A stretch of 64,000 bases of DNA from the human T2T-CHM13v2.0 reference genome, Homo sapiens: assembly GCF_009914755.1 (NCBI RefSeq), contig NC_060938.1; one strand, written 5' to 3'. Shown here piece by piece: positions 29,180 to 42,104 of this stretch. The notes under the pieces were generated by a model, which worked only from the letters and a program-made list of their open reading frames with translations, did not search any database and was not told where the DNA came from. The translations under genes and the position numbers were made by a program. Positions within the stretch are counted from its first letter, which is position 1. Each line of letters begins with the position of its first letter.

Positions 29180-29980
29180 CCTCGGGCCGCCCCGGGGCGC
29201 GGGATGGGAAGGGGTTAACGCAGCGCCCCGCTTACCTGGGGTAAAAGCCGGCACAGAACCCGAGCTCACAGGTCGCCGCGCGCATGCGCACTCTCCTGGC
29301 CCAGCACAGTGCTTGGGGGCCGGCGGCTCCCAGCTCCCGGGCCGCCCTGCTGCACAAAGGCCTGCTTTGTTCTCTCGGCTCTGTTTTAAATATCTGACGA
29401 ATATTCCCCCCATCCCTGCTCCAAATCCCCGGCCTGACGGCAGGCGCGGCACAAGGGCGCATTGTGGGGCCAAGCGAGGGGCGAAGGGGGCTGGGGGTGG
29501 CCGGCGCGATGGGGACGCTCCGGTTGCGCCAAGTTGACTCTGCCGTTTGGGTCACCTGGGCTGAGTCGCGGGCGTGGAGGCAGAGGGTAGGGGGTGAGGA
29601 GGTGTTTCTTGTCTTCTTCTTCCAATCTCAGAAGTAAACATTGGAAAGTGGGGCCCCCAGCAGTGTACAGACCGTTTCCAAACCAGGCCTGTAAGGAGGA
29701 GCTGAGGTTTCGGCTGAGCCCCCAGCCTCCCCCGACCGCACAGCCTCGGGCATGAACCCGCGAAGCCAGACGCTTAGTTGCTTATCAGGCCATCGCTGTA
29801 CATATTTAGAAAGTACCTATCACTCAGACACTTTGAAAAGCGTGGCGTTCCAGCGCAAACCAACCCGAACGGGTTGGAAGGGGGCAGTCCTTTCTTCCCG
29901 CAAGTTCGGGGCTCGAGAGACGGCTGCAGGAAGGCCATCACCCCTGGCTTCCTGCAGCCACAGCTTCCAGCCCCACACGA
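29180..29980. promoter_or_regulatory. CpG island / probable promoter with NRF1 motif
   Basis: Highest CpG and GC density in the window; GCGCATGCGC at 29280-29289; minus-strand donor CAG|GTAAGC at 29236. Confidence 0.8.
29236..29300 (-). ncRNA. Candidate first exon of a minus-strand lncRNA (5' end uncertain)
   Basis: Consensus donor CCCCAG|GTAAGC inside the CpG island just downstream of the NRF1 site; no transcript data available. Confidence 0.45.
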
Positions 29981-31739
29981 TGCCCAACTTCATTTTAGCA
30001 GTGGCCCCCAGGGAAAATCACACCATTCTTGGTTTTGTCCCTCCCTCCTGAGGTTGGGACATTGTTCAAACAAAAGTAAGCCTTCAGCTGACAGGGAAGC
30101 TGCCCCGCCTCTTCCCTGCCCTTGTCTTGCTGGCATTCATTGGGACTACCAGGTAGCTTTCCTTCCCAGCTCAGGTGTTTACCTGCTGCTGCAGAGGAGG
30201 AGTTTTTGCATTGTCTCCAGGGGGTTTGCAAAATAAGAACCCCAAAACCCACCTCTCTTTCCCATTTTCTTCTTTAAAGGTAGAGAAAGCACTGCATTTC
30301 ACATTGGGTCTTGGAAACCCAAAGCTAGACACAAAATGTGGGCGTTAGCAGCTCTGAAAAGTGTGTGCTTGGTCTTAACGTTTATTCTTAAAAAGGAGGT
30401 GTTCATACCCCAGCTTGCGAACAAAGCTTTCATACCCTCAGCATCTTGAAGGGAAATTGCTGCCCTTCCATCCAGGGCAGGTGAAGGAGGAACTGGCTTG
30501 GGAGGGTTGGATTCAGAAGCAAATAGCTTTATCGTTTTGTGATGCCTGTTTGAGGCCTGACTGGGAGCCCAGGAGTCCTCCTTCTGTGGTAGTTTGTTAT
30601 AAATCCCAGGGTCGGACTTACATTCCCCAGCTGCAAAAAGCATACATACGTCCTAAGATATTTATTTTTAATCATACTTTATAATTTTCACATTTCACAT
30701 ATTGTTACATTTCACCAATACTCTAATACTTGAGTATTAAAGCTAATCCACCATAGACCAACAGTCTAACTTTGCAAATGAAGGAACTTGTCCAGAGCCA
30801 TTCAGAAAGACAGGGCAGAGGCGAGCCTGGAGGCCAAGCCTCCTGTCCCTATGACCAGGTTTGGTCCCTTCTAACATGCTAGTCATGAACTAAAAGACCA
30901 GGTTTCCTACCACTTCTCACAAAATTCTTATCACGTCAGGGAGGATTCTGACTCCACAGTAAGAAGCTTTGGAAAAAGGTTTTTGGTATTCAGGTAGCTT
31001 TGAGGAGAGGGAGTCTCTTCTCAGTACAGCCCCTAGGAATGCCGAGTTTGCCAGGACTGTGCTCACCACAAGCTTAGAGACGTAAGTCACGTTCCATTGC
31101 CTGGGTTGCTAAGTGGCAGAGAAATCCTGGGTGTTTGTTTCCAGGCACTCTTGAGCCTCCGGAGGAATTTCTTCAAGCAACACTAACTGTCCTTTCACCA
31201 CTCTGTTGGCCAGTGAACCCCCTATCTCTGTAGATGACAGCAGCCCGCTCTTTCTCCCCCACTAGTCCCCCTGCAGCAGGTCAGCCTGGAGCCACATCTG
31301 GGAAGGTGTGACCTAGAACTTGACCTCCTTCCCTGATGAGTATGCAGAATCTCCCCAGCTATAAAATAGCATGGCCGTCCCTACCCCACCCCCCATGCAC
31401 CTCCGGACTTGGAGACATTGGAAGGTTTACTTCAGCACATTTGTGATGCGATACTAGCTGCTTGGAGAGAAACCTTCACCAGCAGCCTCATCCTATAGCA
31501 GTGCCTGCCCATCTGGGCAGGAGGTGCCAGGGTTTATACTCCCCTGAGCTTCAGAGGGTGGGATCGTTCCAGACAACCTTCGGCCGGTAACTTCTACGGG
31601 CACATCCTTTTTTTCGTATGTTCTACATTGACCCATACCACCACCACCATTCCAACCCCTTGAACCAACCCCTGGTTTCAAGCTCTCCCAGGCTGGCAGA
31701 TGAAGGAACATTTCAAAGCCATCACGTGGTAATACTGCC

Positions 31740-32110
31740 TGCTGGCCAACAACTCCATTTCAACAGCGTCACCTTTGGACTGTTCAGCAGTGTTTGTGCA
31801 AGTATTTGAATATTTTCTGGCATTTTGGCCCTATTATTTTATAATAATAAGTGGAAATGGAAAAATGAAGTGCTGATTCTCATGATAAGAAGGGCAGGTC
31901 TCACAGAGCTCATATAATTGAGGCAAAGATGGAAATCATTAGGCACGCTGAAAGTGGGATTATGTAGCCTCAATCAAATGCTCACTGGAGTTAAGCCTGT
32001 CAACTATGTGTCCAATTGTTAAAAAAAAATGAATACAATTAGGGAGCATATATGAAATTCTGGACGTATATGGTCAAAGACTGTGTCTAAAAGGCGGGTG
32101 TAGTTGGGAT
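31740..32110 (+). mobile_element. Tigger (TcMar) transposase N-terminal fragment
   Basis: Frameshifted translation HIIEAKMEIIRHAESG / ASIKCSLELSLSTMCPIVKK resembles the CENP-B-type HTH of pogo/Tigger transposases. Confidence 0.65.
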
Positions 32111-33670
32111 ATACTGGATTCCCTCAATTCTAAAGCTGCATTGATTTAATAGCAGTTTTCCAGGACTGGGTTGGGAAGACACTGTGAGACCAGAAATCAG
32201 GAAAATACAGTGATAATATTGTTTCACTTCCTGGGAACAGAACCGTCCCTCATAACATGCAAGTGTACTGCTTGCCCCTGGCATGGTGGACCAGAGGGTT
32301 TTCAGGACAGTATTAGGGTATGGGAGGAGGGAGTGGCCTGGAGATTGATCCCTTGGGGAGTCACTACAGCTCGGAAGCCGGGGACAGGCCTTTAGTTAAT
32401 GTGCTAGAATGGATGGAACTTGACTCAAGAGAGGCCCTCATGCCACAAGGTTTTGAATCTCCCATGTGCCCGGCATATAGAAAATTTAGGGAGTTAAAAG
32501 CAAAGAGTATAAGGTGCACCTTTTCCTCTTTGGGCACTCGTCCCTTTACCACTGTCCCAGCTCTCCCTGGGGGCCATGCTGTCACTGGCAGCCTTTGCAC
32601 GGTCTGTTCCCTCTGCTGGGAGTGTCTGTCCTACCTCCTTGGCTGCCTGGCCAGCTCTGGCTCACCCTTGAAGACGCCGCTCAGGCTCCTGCCTCCCCAG
32701 GCTCCAGTGTCTGTGTGTGCGCTGCGTGCTGGCCATCCACCTCATATTCTTGCTCTGTCCACACTGTATAACCATCACTGGCTGGCCTGGGAGAGTTTGA
32801 AGGTGAGATTTCTTGTTCATCTTTCGATCCTCTGCATCCCAGGAGCCCTTGGTGAGGGTTTACTGAGTGAAGCAGGCCAGGAAGGAATGCTGCGTTCTCA
32901 GGAAGACCTCTTCAGCAAAACACTGTTGACCTTTGCCTTTGCATCATGCGCCAGGCATGACCTAGCACAGCCATTTTAAACCTCTTAGACACCAAGAAAC
33001 TCTTTCTTTCTTCTCCAGAAGCCAAACCATTTGTTTCTAAATTCCGCTTTCTTTGCCTCCGAGGCCCCCTCATCTGGAGCCTTCCTGCCCATCTAGTGTC
33101 TGGAGCTTCACATCCTCCGGGAGGTTCTTTACTGATACTTTCAGTAAGTAAAGCCACTGACTTTTCCTTCAGCTGTGGGGTGCTCGCTGAATTCTTACCA
33201 CTTCTTCAGGGAAAAACAACCTAGAAGCACTCTCTGATCCAAAGTGTTTCTCAGGGAGAGCGGCCAAGTGAGCACAGGAGCCGCTCGGCCGTCTGGGACT
33301 GTGATGTGATGTCTGAACAGCCTCTTTAGAAACACTGCAGCCTTTTCCAGGGATGCCATCCAGACGGGGACATCCCTCACAAGTTGTCTAGGGTCCTGGG
33401 GATGGAGGCCGGGAGCTCCGGATCGAGGGATTTAGCCTTATGGGGCCTGGTTGGCCCCGCCAGGCCAGCTGTGAATGAGGAGGGTGTCTGAGCTCTGTTT
33501 TGCACCCGTCCACTCACCAACTTATTCTTGACCTAACACACCATGCCCCTGCTGCCCTTGGCTGTGACGATGGGAAGCAACTGTCCAAAAAGCCTGAGGG
33601 GAGCCAGCTCCAACAAACCCACCGTTGGCCCACCATGCCCACCCTACTCAGCGCAATGACCAGTGGGTCT

Positions 33671-33998
33671 TTATGTTTTACAGTCAGGGCCTTGCTCTGT
33701 TGCCCAGGCTGGAGTGCAGTGGTACGATCACAGCTCACTGCAGCCTTGACCACCCAGGCTCAAGTGATCCTCCCACCCCAGCCTCCTGAGTAGCTGGTAC
33801 TGTAAGCACACACCACCATGCCCAGCTAATTTTTTCTTTTTTCTTTTTCTTTTTCTTTTTTTTTTTTTTTTGGAGAGAGGGGTTCTCACCATCTTGCCCA
33901 GGCTGGTCTTGAACACATGGGCTCAAGTGATCCTCCTGTCTTGGCCTCCCAAAGTGCTGAAGTGCTGGGATTATAGGCATGAGCCACCACACCCAGCC
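33671..33998 (-). mobile_element. AluJ with expanded central A-rich linker
   Basis: cacagctcactgcagccttgacc, gctcaagtgatcctcc; T-rich run at ~33830-33871. Confidence 0.95.
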
Positions 33999-34934
33999 CT
34001 GGGCCTCTTTTTGAGGACACCAATGCCATTGCCTCCTGGCTAAACTGCTCTCCACACAAGTTAGTTCCACAGACTCTCCAGGTCCTTGGGACCCCATGAA
34101 ACTCTCTGGGGCTGTGCCCAGAGTCCACTTGACAGAAACCTGATTCTTTTCCTGTGAGGCAAACAGCTGTGATCGGGACATGTCTGTCAGGGGATGACTT
34201 GGCAGAGCTACAACGCCAAGGCTCGGATGCATATTTTTTATGTGATTTCTTAAAATTCAAGCAGGAGAATACGCCTTCCCCCAAACGGCTGGCTCCCCCA
34301 CTGCATTCGCATTCCCCCCACGATGTATAACAGGAGTCCGCAGCCCACCCCTGGAGAGGACAAGGCTGTAATTCAGCAAGGCTCCAGTGACATCCTGACC
34401 GTGAGAGTGCAGCTGGGGCAGTTTATGAACAGTGCTCTAGTCCCTGGGGGAAGTTAGCTCTGTTCTCCAGCCCACAAGAGTCTATTGTTCGCTTTCTTGT
34501 TTTTCTCCAAATGTTTAGATGTGCTCAGAGCACAGAAAAGCCCGAAACCCAGGCCACCAGCCAGGGCGATCCTGAAGCAGGGAAGCCTGTGGGCTGGAGC
34601 TCGTGGGGCTACCCCCACCCACACACACCCATTGTTGTTCCTACCTCGCCCTAAGATGTGACCGTCCTGGAGGACAGAGGTAAGGGAGTGGCCTCTTTTT
34701 GGCCAGGGCTGTTTGGACAACAGTGGGCTTGGATTGTTCCAGCAAGTGAGGTATGAGACCACAGCTCAGGCTCACTTGGGTGGTAGCCAGAAGCAACTGC
34801 CCAAGTTACCTTGGGCCCATCCAAAATGTGCACAGAGAGAGTTTGGCAACTGTCTTCCAGTTGCTTGTCACTGACCAAGACTGCTGAAGTTTGACAGGAA
34901 TAAGCAAGTTCTGGCCTCCTGTCTGCATCAAGAA

Positions 34935-35150
34935 TCTGGGCTCCAAGGTACAGCCTCTTGAGTTGGACTCCTGCCATCAGCTCTTCCTAACTGTGCAAAC
35001 TTGGGCAAGTTACTTAGCCTCTCTGAGCCTCAGTTTCCTCCTGGGTAAAATGGCACCTACCTCGTAGAGTTACTGAGGATTCAACAAGGTAATCAAGGTA
35101 AGCACTCGCACAGAATGAGCCCTCAATACATACTGGTTATTCTTTGTATT
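34935..35150 (+). mobile_element. MIR
   Basis: cttgggcaagttacttagcctctctgagcctcagtttcctc. Confidence 0.85.
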
Positions 35151-36282
35151 ATTACTGTTATCAATGATTACTAGTACACCATCCCAAAGTCACCTCCTCT
35201 GCTTAGAGCATCCATTTTTGTACCTAAACCGAATGCCTTCAACAGTCTCCAGTTGTGGGTCAGAGAACAGCTGTGCAAGAACGGCAATGCCAGAGGAATG
35301 AAGGATGAAGTGCCTTGTGATGTGGGGAGGAGAGAACGTGCTCAAAAGCCCGTCACCTTTGCCTCCCACTCCCCTTAGCCCCAGATCCCTTTCTCCAGGG
35401 CTCATATTACCTGCCCTCCCCCAGTGGCTGGGATTCTCAGCCTGCCACTGGCTCCACAGTCCCTACAGAGCCACCGAAACCCTCCCACCCCTGCCTGGAA
35501 AATGCCTCTCCCCCGTATACCACCTTGGCGGCCACCACTAGTCAGCCAGTAACGGGGTGGGGGTGAGACGGAGGTGGAGCCTCTGGAAATGGTGCTAGAT
35601 CAAGGGAGAAGGAGATCCAGGACCCCAACTCCGTAGGCCTGGGATGCTGAGTACAGTTTAGAGATTGGGGATTCATTTACACCAGCTTGGGGGGCTTTGG
35701 TGTGAAGGGAGATGGACAGAGTATGAGGGAGGAGGAAAAGGTAGAGGGTAGAGGAATGCATCCTGAATCCTAGTCCTTTCTGACTGGGACAGTTCACATC
35801 CATAAACGAGGCTCTGGGGCCTGCCTCAAGAAATGGAACTATGATGATCCCCCTTTGGATGCATTAATCCTTTCAAAAATAAGACTCTGGGAGCCTCCGG
35901 TGACAGGGCCATATGGTTTCCTTATCTTCCTTATCTTCCAGCACTCACCTTCCATTTGGAATGTTTATCCCAAGATAATGATCAGATTCCACTTAGGGTG
36001 ATTGAATGGGGGCCTCTGAGTATCCCCCCCTCAATTTCAAATGAATGGGTGATCCGATCCAATAATAGATGAGCCTAACAGTCTCCTGCTAATGGATGGG
36101 GCTCCTCAGCCCCATGCCATGCACCCCCAACTTCCTTTTCCCGCAAATATCCACCCCCTTCAACCTGGGCAACTCCACTTTTACCTGCTTTATATAGTGG
36201 AGGGTGCTCTGTGTAAAATTTCTAGTGAGCCAAATGGAACTGCTTTAAACTATGTTTAAAAACCAGAGATGTGATGCTAACT

Positions 36283-36638
36283 CAGCGATTTTCAATAGAA
36301 ATGTAATGCAAGCCACAAATGCAAGCTACACGTGTCATTTTAAATTTTCTGATAGCCACACATCTGTAAAAATAAACAGATGAAATTAATTTTAAGGATA
36401 TATTTTATTTGAAATCTAATTTATATCATAGTTATTTAATATAATTAATATATACTATATTTTATTAAACCCCAAAATATTTTAACTTGTTACCAATATA
36501 AAAATTATTTGTGAGGTATTTCACCTTCACTTCTTTGTACTTAGTCTTCAATATCCAGAGTATATATTGATTCTGACTAGCCACATTTCAAATGCTCAGT
36601 TGCCCCTGGGCTAGTGGCTATTGTATTAGATAGGGCAG
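36283..36638. mobile_element. MER33-like hAT-Charlie MITE
   Basis: caatagaaatgtaatgcaagccac...ctagccacatttcaaatgctca...ctagtggcta. Confidence 0.8.
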
Positions 36639-37171
36639 ATCTAGACAGACCACACTAAGAACCTAGGGCAAGGACAAACTCTGATGGGCATAGTTGAGCT
36701 GGCTGCTAGAGAGAGACCCTTTGAGAAGAAGAGCAATTTACAACTTTGCTCTGAGTCTAAGTGGAGATCTAGCCATCATCTTGCTACCTCTCCTTGCCTT
36801 TCCCCTCCCAGGGAGGAAAACACATAGGACACAGCATTTTTTTTTTTAAGTGATAGCAGTTTTAATTGCTACTAATTTAATGGCAGTCATTTCACCTGCT
36901 AATAAAATTGTCCATTGAGGCCTCCAGCCGTGAGTGCTTTTTTCCATGGACTGTTTAAAAGTGAAGCTAATGCTGATTGTCACCAAACATCCATGTCATG
37001 GATCCACTGTACTTTGTCTGAAGAAGGGGAGGCCCGACTGGGGTAGACAGAGTCAGCTTTGGGTGATCACTGCCAGTAGACACCCTCTGATTCCAGAGAA
37101 CAGGAGACACAATTCAGCCTTTGACAGGACATTCAGATAAGTGTTCACTAGTCAATCGGATACCATATTTA

Positions 37172-37652
<481 letters not shown>

Positions 37653-37953
37653 TCAAGATAAACACATACAAGAGCAGGCTGGGAGGGGAGTCCTCTGGCA
37701 AAGCAGGAGGACCGCGGCCCCAAGCAAGCCCTGCATGAGGGAAGGTGGGGAAGTAGATTCCAGGCCTCTTGGGAGAGCCCTTCGTTGACCACCTTGTGGA
37801 ATAGTTGCTCTCTAGCCCCTGTCTCTGCTTTGATTTTCTTCAGAGCACTTATAATTCTTGACATTCTATTTTGTTTTTATTTGTTGATTGCTGTCCTCAG
37901 CTTTGTTTCTTGCTACTTCCCCAGTGCCTAGAAAGAGTGCCCGTCACTCTTAA

Positions 37954-38252
<299 letters not shown>

Positions 38253-40009
38253 TAAACATTTGCTGACTGAATAAATAGTATGAGGAGTTTGTTCCAGCCA
38301 TCCTGGGCAGGCCTGAAAGATCTCTGAGCTTAGAAACAGCCAGAGGATGAGAACAAGCTGGTAGGAGAGGCAGAGCGAGATGGTGGTCTTTGTATGTGAT
38401 TCCCCTAGTAATGGGGAGACGGAGAAGAATTTGCAGAAGTGAGGGAATGTGATTGCAGCACAAAGGCAGCAAGATTATTTTGTCAGCAACATTTGGATCC
38501 CATTGGTGATGAGAGACATGTGGGCCCGGCAAGGAGACAATTGTGGTAGTCAAGACAGGATGTGAATAAGACATAAAGAAGCGTTTCATCAGTGGGGATG
38601 GAAAAGAACCAGGGCTGTGGCGGCCGAGTTCAGGAGTAGGAAGGGTCGGTCAGGCGTTCATGAGGACCTCTTCACATACACACACACACAAACACACACA
38701 CTTGCACACACAGGCAGCCTGCTGGGACCATTCATTTAGAGGCCCCCACAGCACATTTTAGCACAACTGCAAACCTCACCTTCTGCCTCAGGCTTTGGTC
38801 TTTGTCTTCTCTTTGCTTCTTACCATAGCTGGGAACATTGCCCTGTGAAGGGCAGGGCCCAGAAACTTTGGAGGAGGCAGTTTCTTCAGTCACAGGTTTT
38901 CTCCTGGCTAGTTTGCAGAGGTAAGAGGCCTCAAAGTCACAATGTCCCTCGGGAGAGAAAGGAGAGAAGGCCAGTGAAGGAAGGCCTGGAAGAGGAGAGA
39001 AATCCTTTTTTGAACTGGGTCAAGGAGGGCAACTGTGAGCTGACATCCTAACTCACACATTCACACATGTGTAGGCCACGTGAAGGGTCTGTAATTGAGA
39101 CTGGGGGACTGGAGGAGGCGAATGAGCTTCTTATTAGGAGTGGGTGGGGACCTTCTTGGGGATCCAGCTGAAACAGAACTTTATTTTTAAAGAGCTTTAG
39201 ATTGATGTCCCTGCTAGCCTAAATATAACTGAGCAGCCAGCTTCTTGCGAGCCAGGCCAGGCTTCCAAGCAAGCTCCAAGACCCTCTTTTTAAGAGAGGG
39301 AAAAAAAGAGAGAGGGAGAGGAATCCACAGATGGAAAAGGTCACACAGTTAGCCCTCTGAATGTGCTGGGAGGAGGGAGATGGATGAGCTGGTTGTGTAC
39401 ACTCTGCAGTCCCCTGGCCTCACCATCAAGGAAGAAAGATCAAGGGTTGCTGGGTGATGGGGGAGGGGAGCTGGCATCCACTTTGTACCTGGGGTCTGCC
39501 TGGCCCAGTCGGGGACAAGTAAGACCCAGGCTTGTGCTCAGAGAGCTGACGGTCCAGTGGGAGGAAAAGGGTGCCGAGCAAACCTGCGCAGCACTGCAGT
39601 GCAGCGCAACTGATCAGTCCCACGTGACGCACAAGCAGAGGGCTGTGAGCTTTCAGAGGGGCCATTCCATGTGGCTGGGGGACCTGAACAGCCCATCTCA
39701 GAGAAGGAAGGGTTTCATATGGAGCTGGAGAGAAAACAACAGGAAGCAGAGACAGGAGTGGACAGGATGCACGTCGGGTACTCAAACTCATCAGATTTGA
39801 CAGAAGTGCAAGAATGTGAGAGCAAGGGGGTTGGTGCTTGGAGCCTGAGATATTGTCCTTCAGTCTGGAGGTAAAGGGGAGGCACTGAAGAGTTGAGGGG
39901 GAAGGCAGCAACCCCACGTAGACTGAAGGAAGGCTAACTTGGCAATGAGGTGTAGGGTGGAGCTTCCTTGGGGGAGGGGAGAGCCCAAGAACACAAAGGT
40001 CAGCAAGGG

Positions 40010-40380
40010 GTCTGAGTTAGGTAAGGCGATGCTAGCTGCTGTAACAGACTCCAGAATCTCAGCTGTGTAAAACAATAGAGATTTGTTTCTTGCTCACATA
40101 AAGCTAATTTGGTAGAGGGCTGAGGTGTAGGGCTTTGCTTCTGGAGTAATTCAAGAATCCTGAGTGAGGGGGGCTCTGCTGTCTTCAACATGTGGCTCCA
40201 CGGTCAGCCTGGAATTGACATTCATGTTGCCCAGGAGAATATGGAAGACCTGGCAGGAGGCTTTTATGAGCCAGGCATTCCACCGGCCAGAACTCAGTCA
40301 CCTGGCCCCTCCTGCATGCAAGGGTGGCTGATGGGTAGTCCCTGGTGGGCTACACATATCTGGTGGTCACCTCTGCCACA
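40010..40380 (-). mobile_element. MLT1 (MLT1K-like) solo LTR
   Basis: ctagctgctgtaaca, atttgtttcttgctcac, ccagaactcagtcac, ctctgccaca. Confidence 0.75.
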
Positions 40381-40627
40381 GGACAGGGACAGGGACTGTG
40401 ATCTGAAGGAATATGTCAGCAATAGGAATGAAAAGGGAGGAAGCAGGCAGAGCGTCTATATTTAGGAATTAGGAGGAAGAGAAGCCAGAGATCCAAAGCA
40501 AAATAAGGCAGCTTGAGGGAACAGAGAGAAAAAGACAGCACTGCAGACACTTTGAGGAGGAGTGTGCTGAGACAGAACCTTCGGTTTGGCTGCCATAAGG
40601 CCTGTGGGAGAGGTGGGCAGAGCCAGG

Positions 40628-40977
<350 letters not shown>

Positions 40978-41129
40978 TAAGGCTTTGGGAAGCAGCCAGC
41001 AATGATTCCCTAATACTTTCCGTAAGCACATCCATGCATTAGGCATGTGTGATGACATTAGCTTTACCTCCAAACACCCAAAGTGGCCCCAGAAGGCACC
41101 CCTTTCCAGGGACTCTCTGTGGTGCAGCA

Positions 41130-41335
41130 ATGTGAATATGGGCTTTAGAGTCAGAAGATCTGGAATCCAGGAATAACCATGTCAACCTACGGCAAACACC
41201 TTAATCTCTGGGAGCCTTGGTTTCCTCATCTATTAAATGGGCAGACTGGTAGCTACTTTTCCATCTCATTGAAAGGGTTAGGAGTAATCCACTTCGTAAG
41301 GTGCTTAGCTCAGTGCCAGTACATAGTAATTCATG
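41130..41335 (+). mobile_element. MIR
   Basis: ggctttagagtcag...cttaatctctgggagccttggtttcctcatcta. Confidence 0.75.
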
Positions 41336-41339
41336 TAAG

Positions 41340-42000
41340 AAACATTTATTGTATATCTACTGAGGGCCAGGTGCCTTACTAGGTGTTGGGGACTCAAAGG
41401 AACCAAAATTCCTGCTCTCAAGAAGCTTATGCTCTGGTAGGGCTGAAGACACAGAAGAAGCACACCCTTAAAACATAGCATGATAAATGCAATGATAGTA
41501 GTATTTTTAGAAGAGGGAGACTCAGCCCTAGTTTGTTGGAAGAGGTGACTTACAGTGGAGAAGAAGAGTTCACCAAGGGATGGGCTGAAGTATTCCACAA
41601 CTAAGGAAATATCAAAGAAGCAGCAATGTGTAGCAATGAACAGCAACTGGACTTCTTGTGAGTTTTGTCAGATTGCATCCTTTAAGGAATTGGCCCATTT
41701 CATCTAGGTGTATGTTGGGGTGGGTGCTGGGAAATGGCTGAGCTGGGAATCTCACAGTTTACTGTCTCTAACCATAAAGTTAAAGCAGAAGTGGCAGGAG
41801 GTGCAATGGAAAAGGTAGCCAGGATCCTGAATTTTGAAACGTTATCCATTGTGTTAATGGTCTTTACCCTGTGGGCAACGAGGAGCCCTTGAAGAGTTTT
41901 AAGCAAGAGACTGATTATGGTCATATTTGAACTCATCTTTTAATGAGTTCACCTTGGTTGCTATTTGGGTAATTATTTAAGGAAAGAATAGAGGAAAGGA
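41340..42000 (-). mobile_element. L2 fragments
   Basis: aaacatttattg...tactaggtgttgggga...cctgctctcaagaagctt; gggcaacgaggagcccttgaagagttttaagca. Confidence 0.7.
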
Positions 42001-42104
42001 GGCCCAAGACACAGTTCAGATAAAAGATGATGAAGGTCTGCAGAGATTGTACTCATGTCTGCCGTGTGTTGCATGTGTACCATATGCCAGCCCTGTCCTA
42101 CGGG

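Noticed and set aside
29180-29980. Assigning a gene symbol to the CpG-island transcript
   Set aside because: Sequence not recognised with confidence; needs BLAT
32320-32979. 219-aa ORF
   Set aside because: No domain; partly overlaps L2-like sequence; no supporting gene structure
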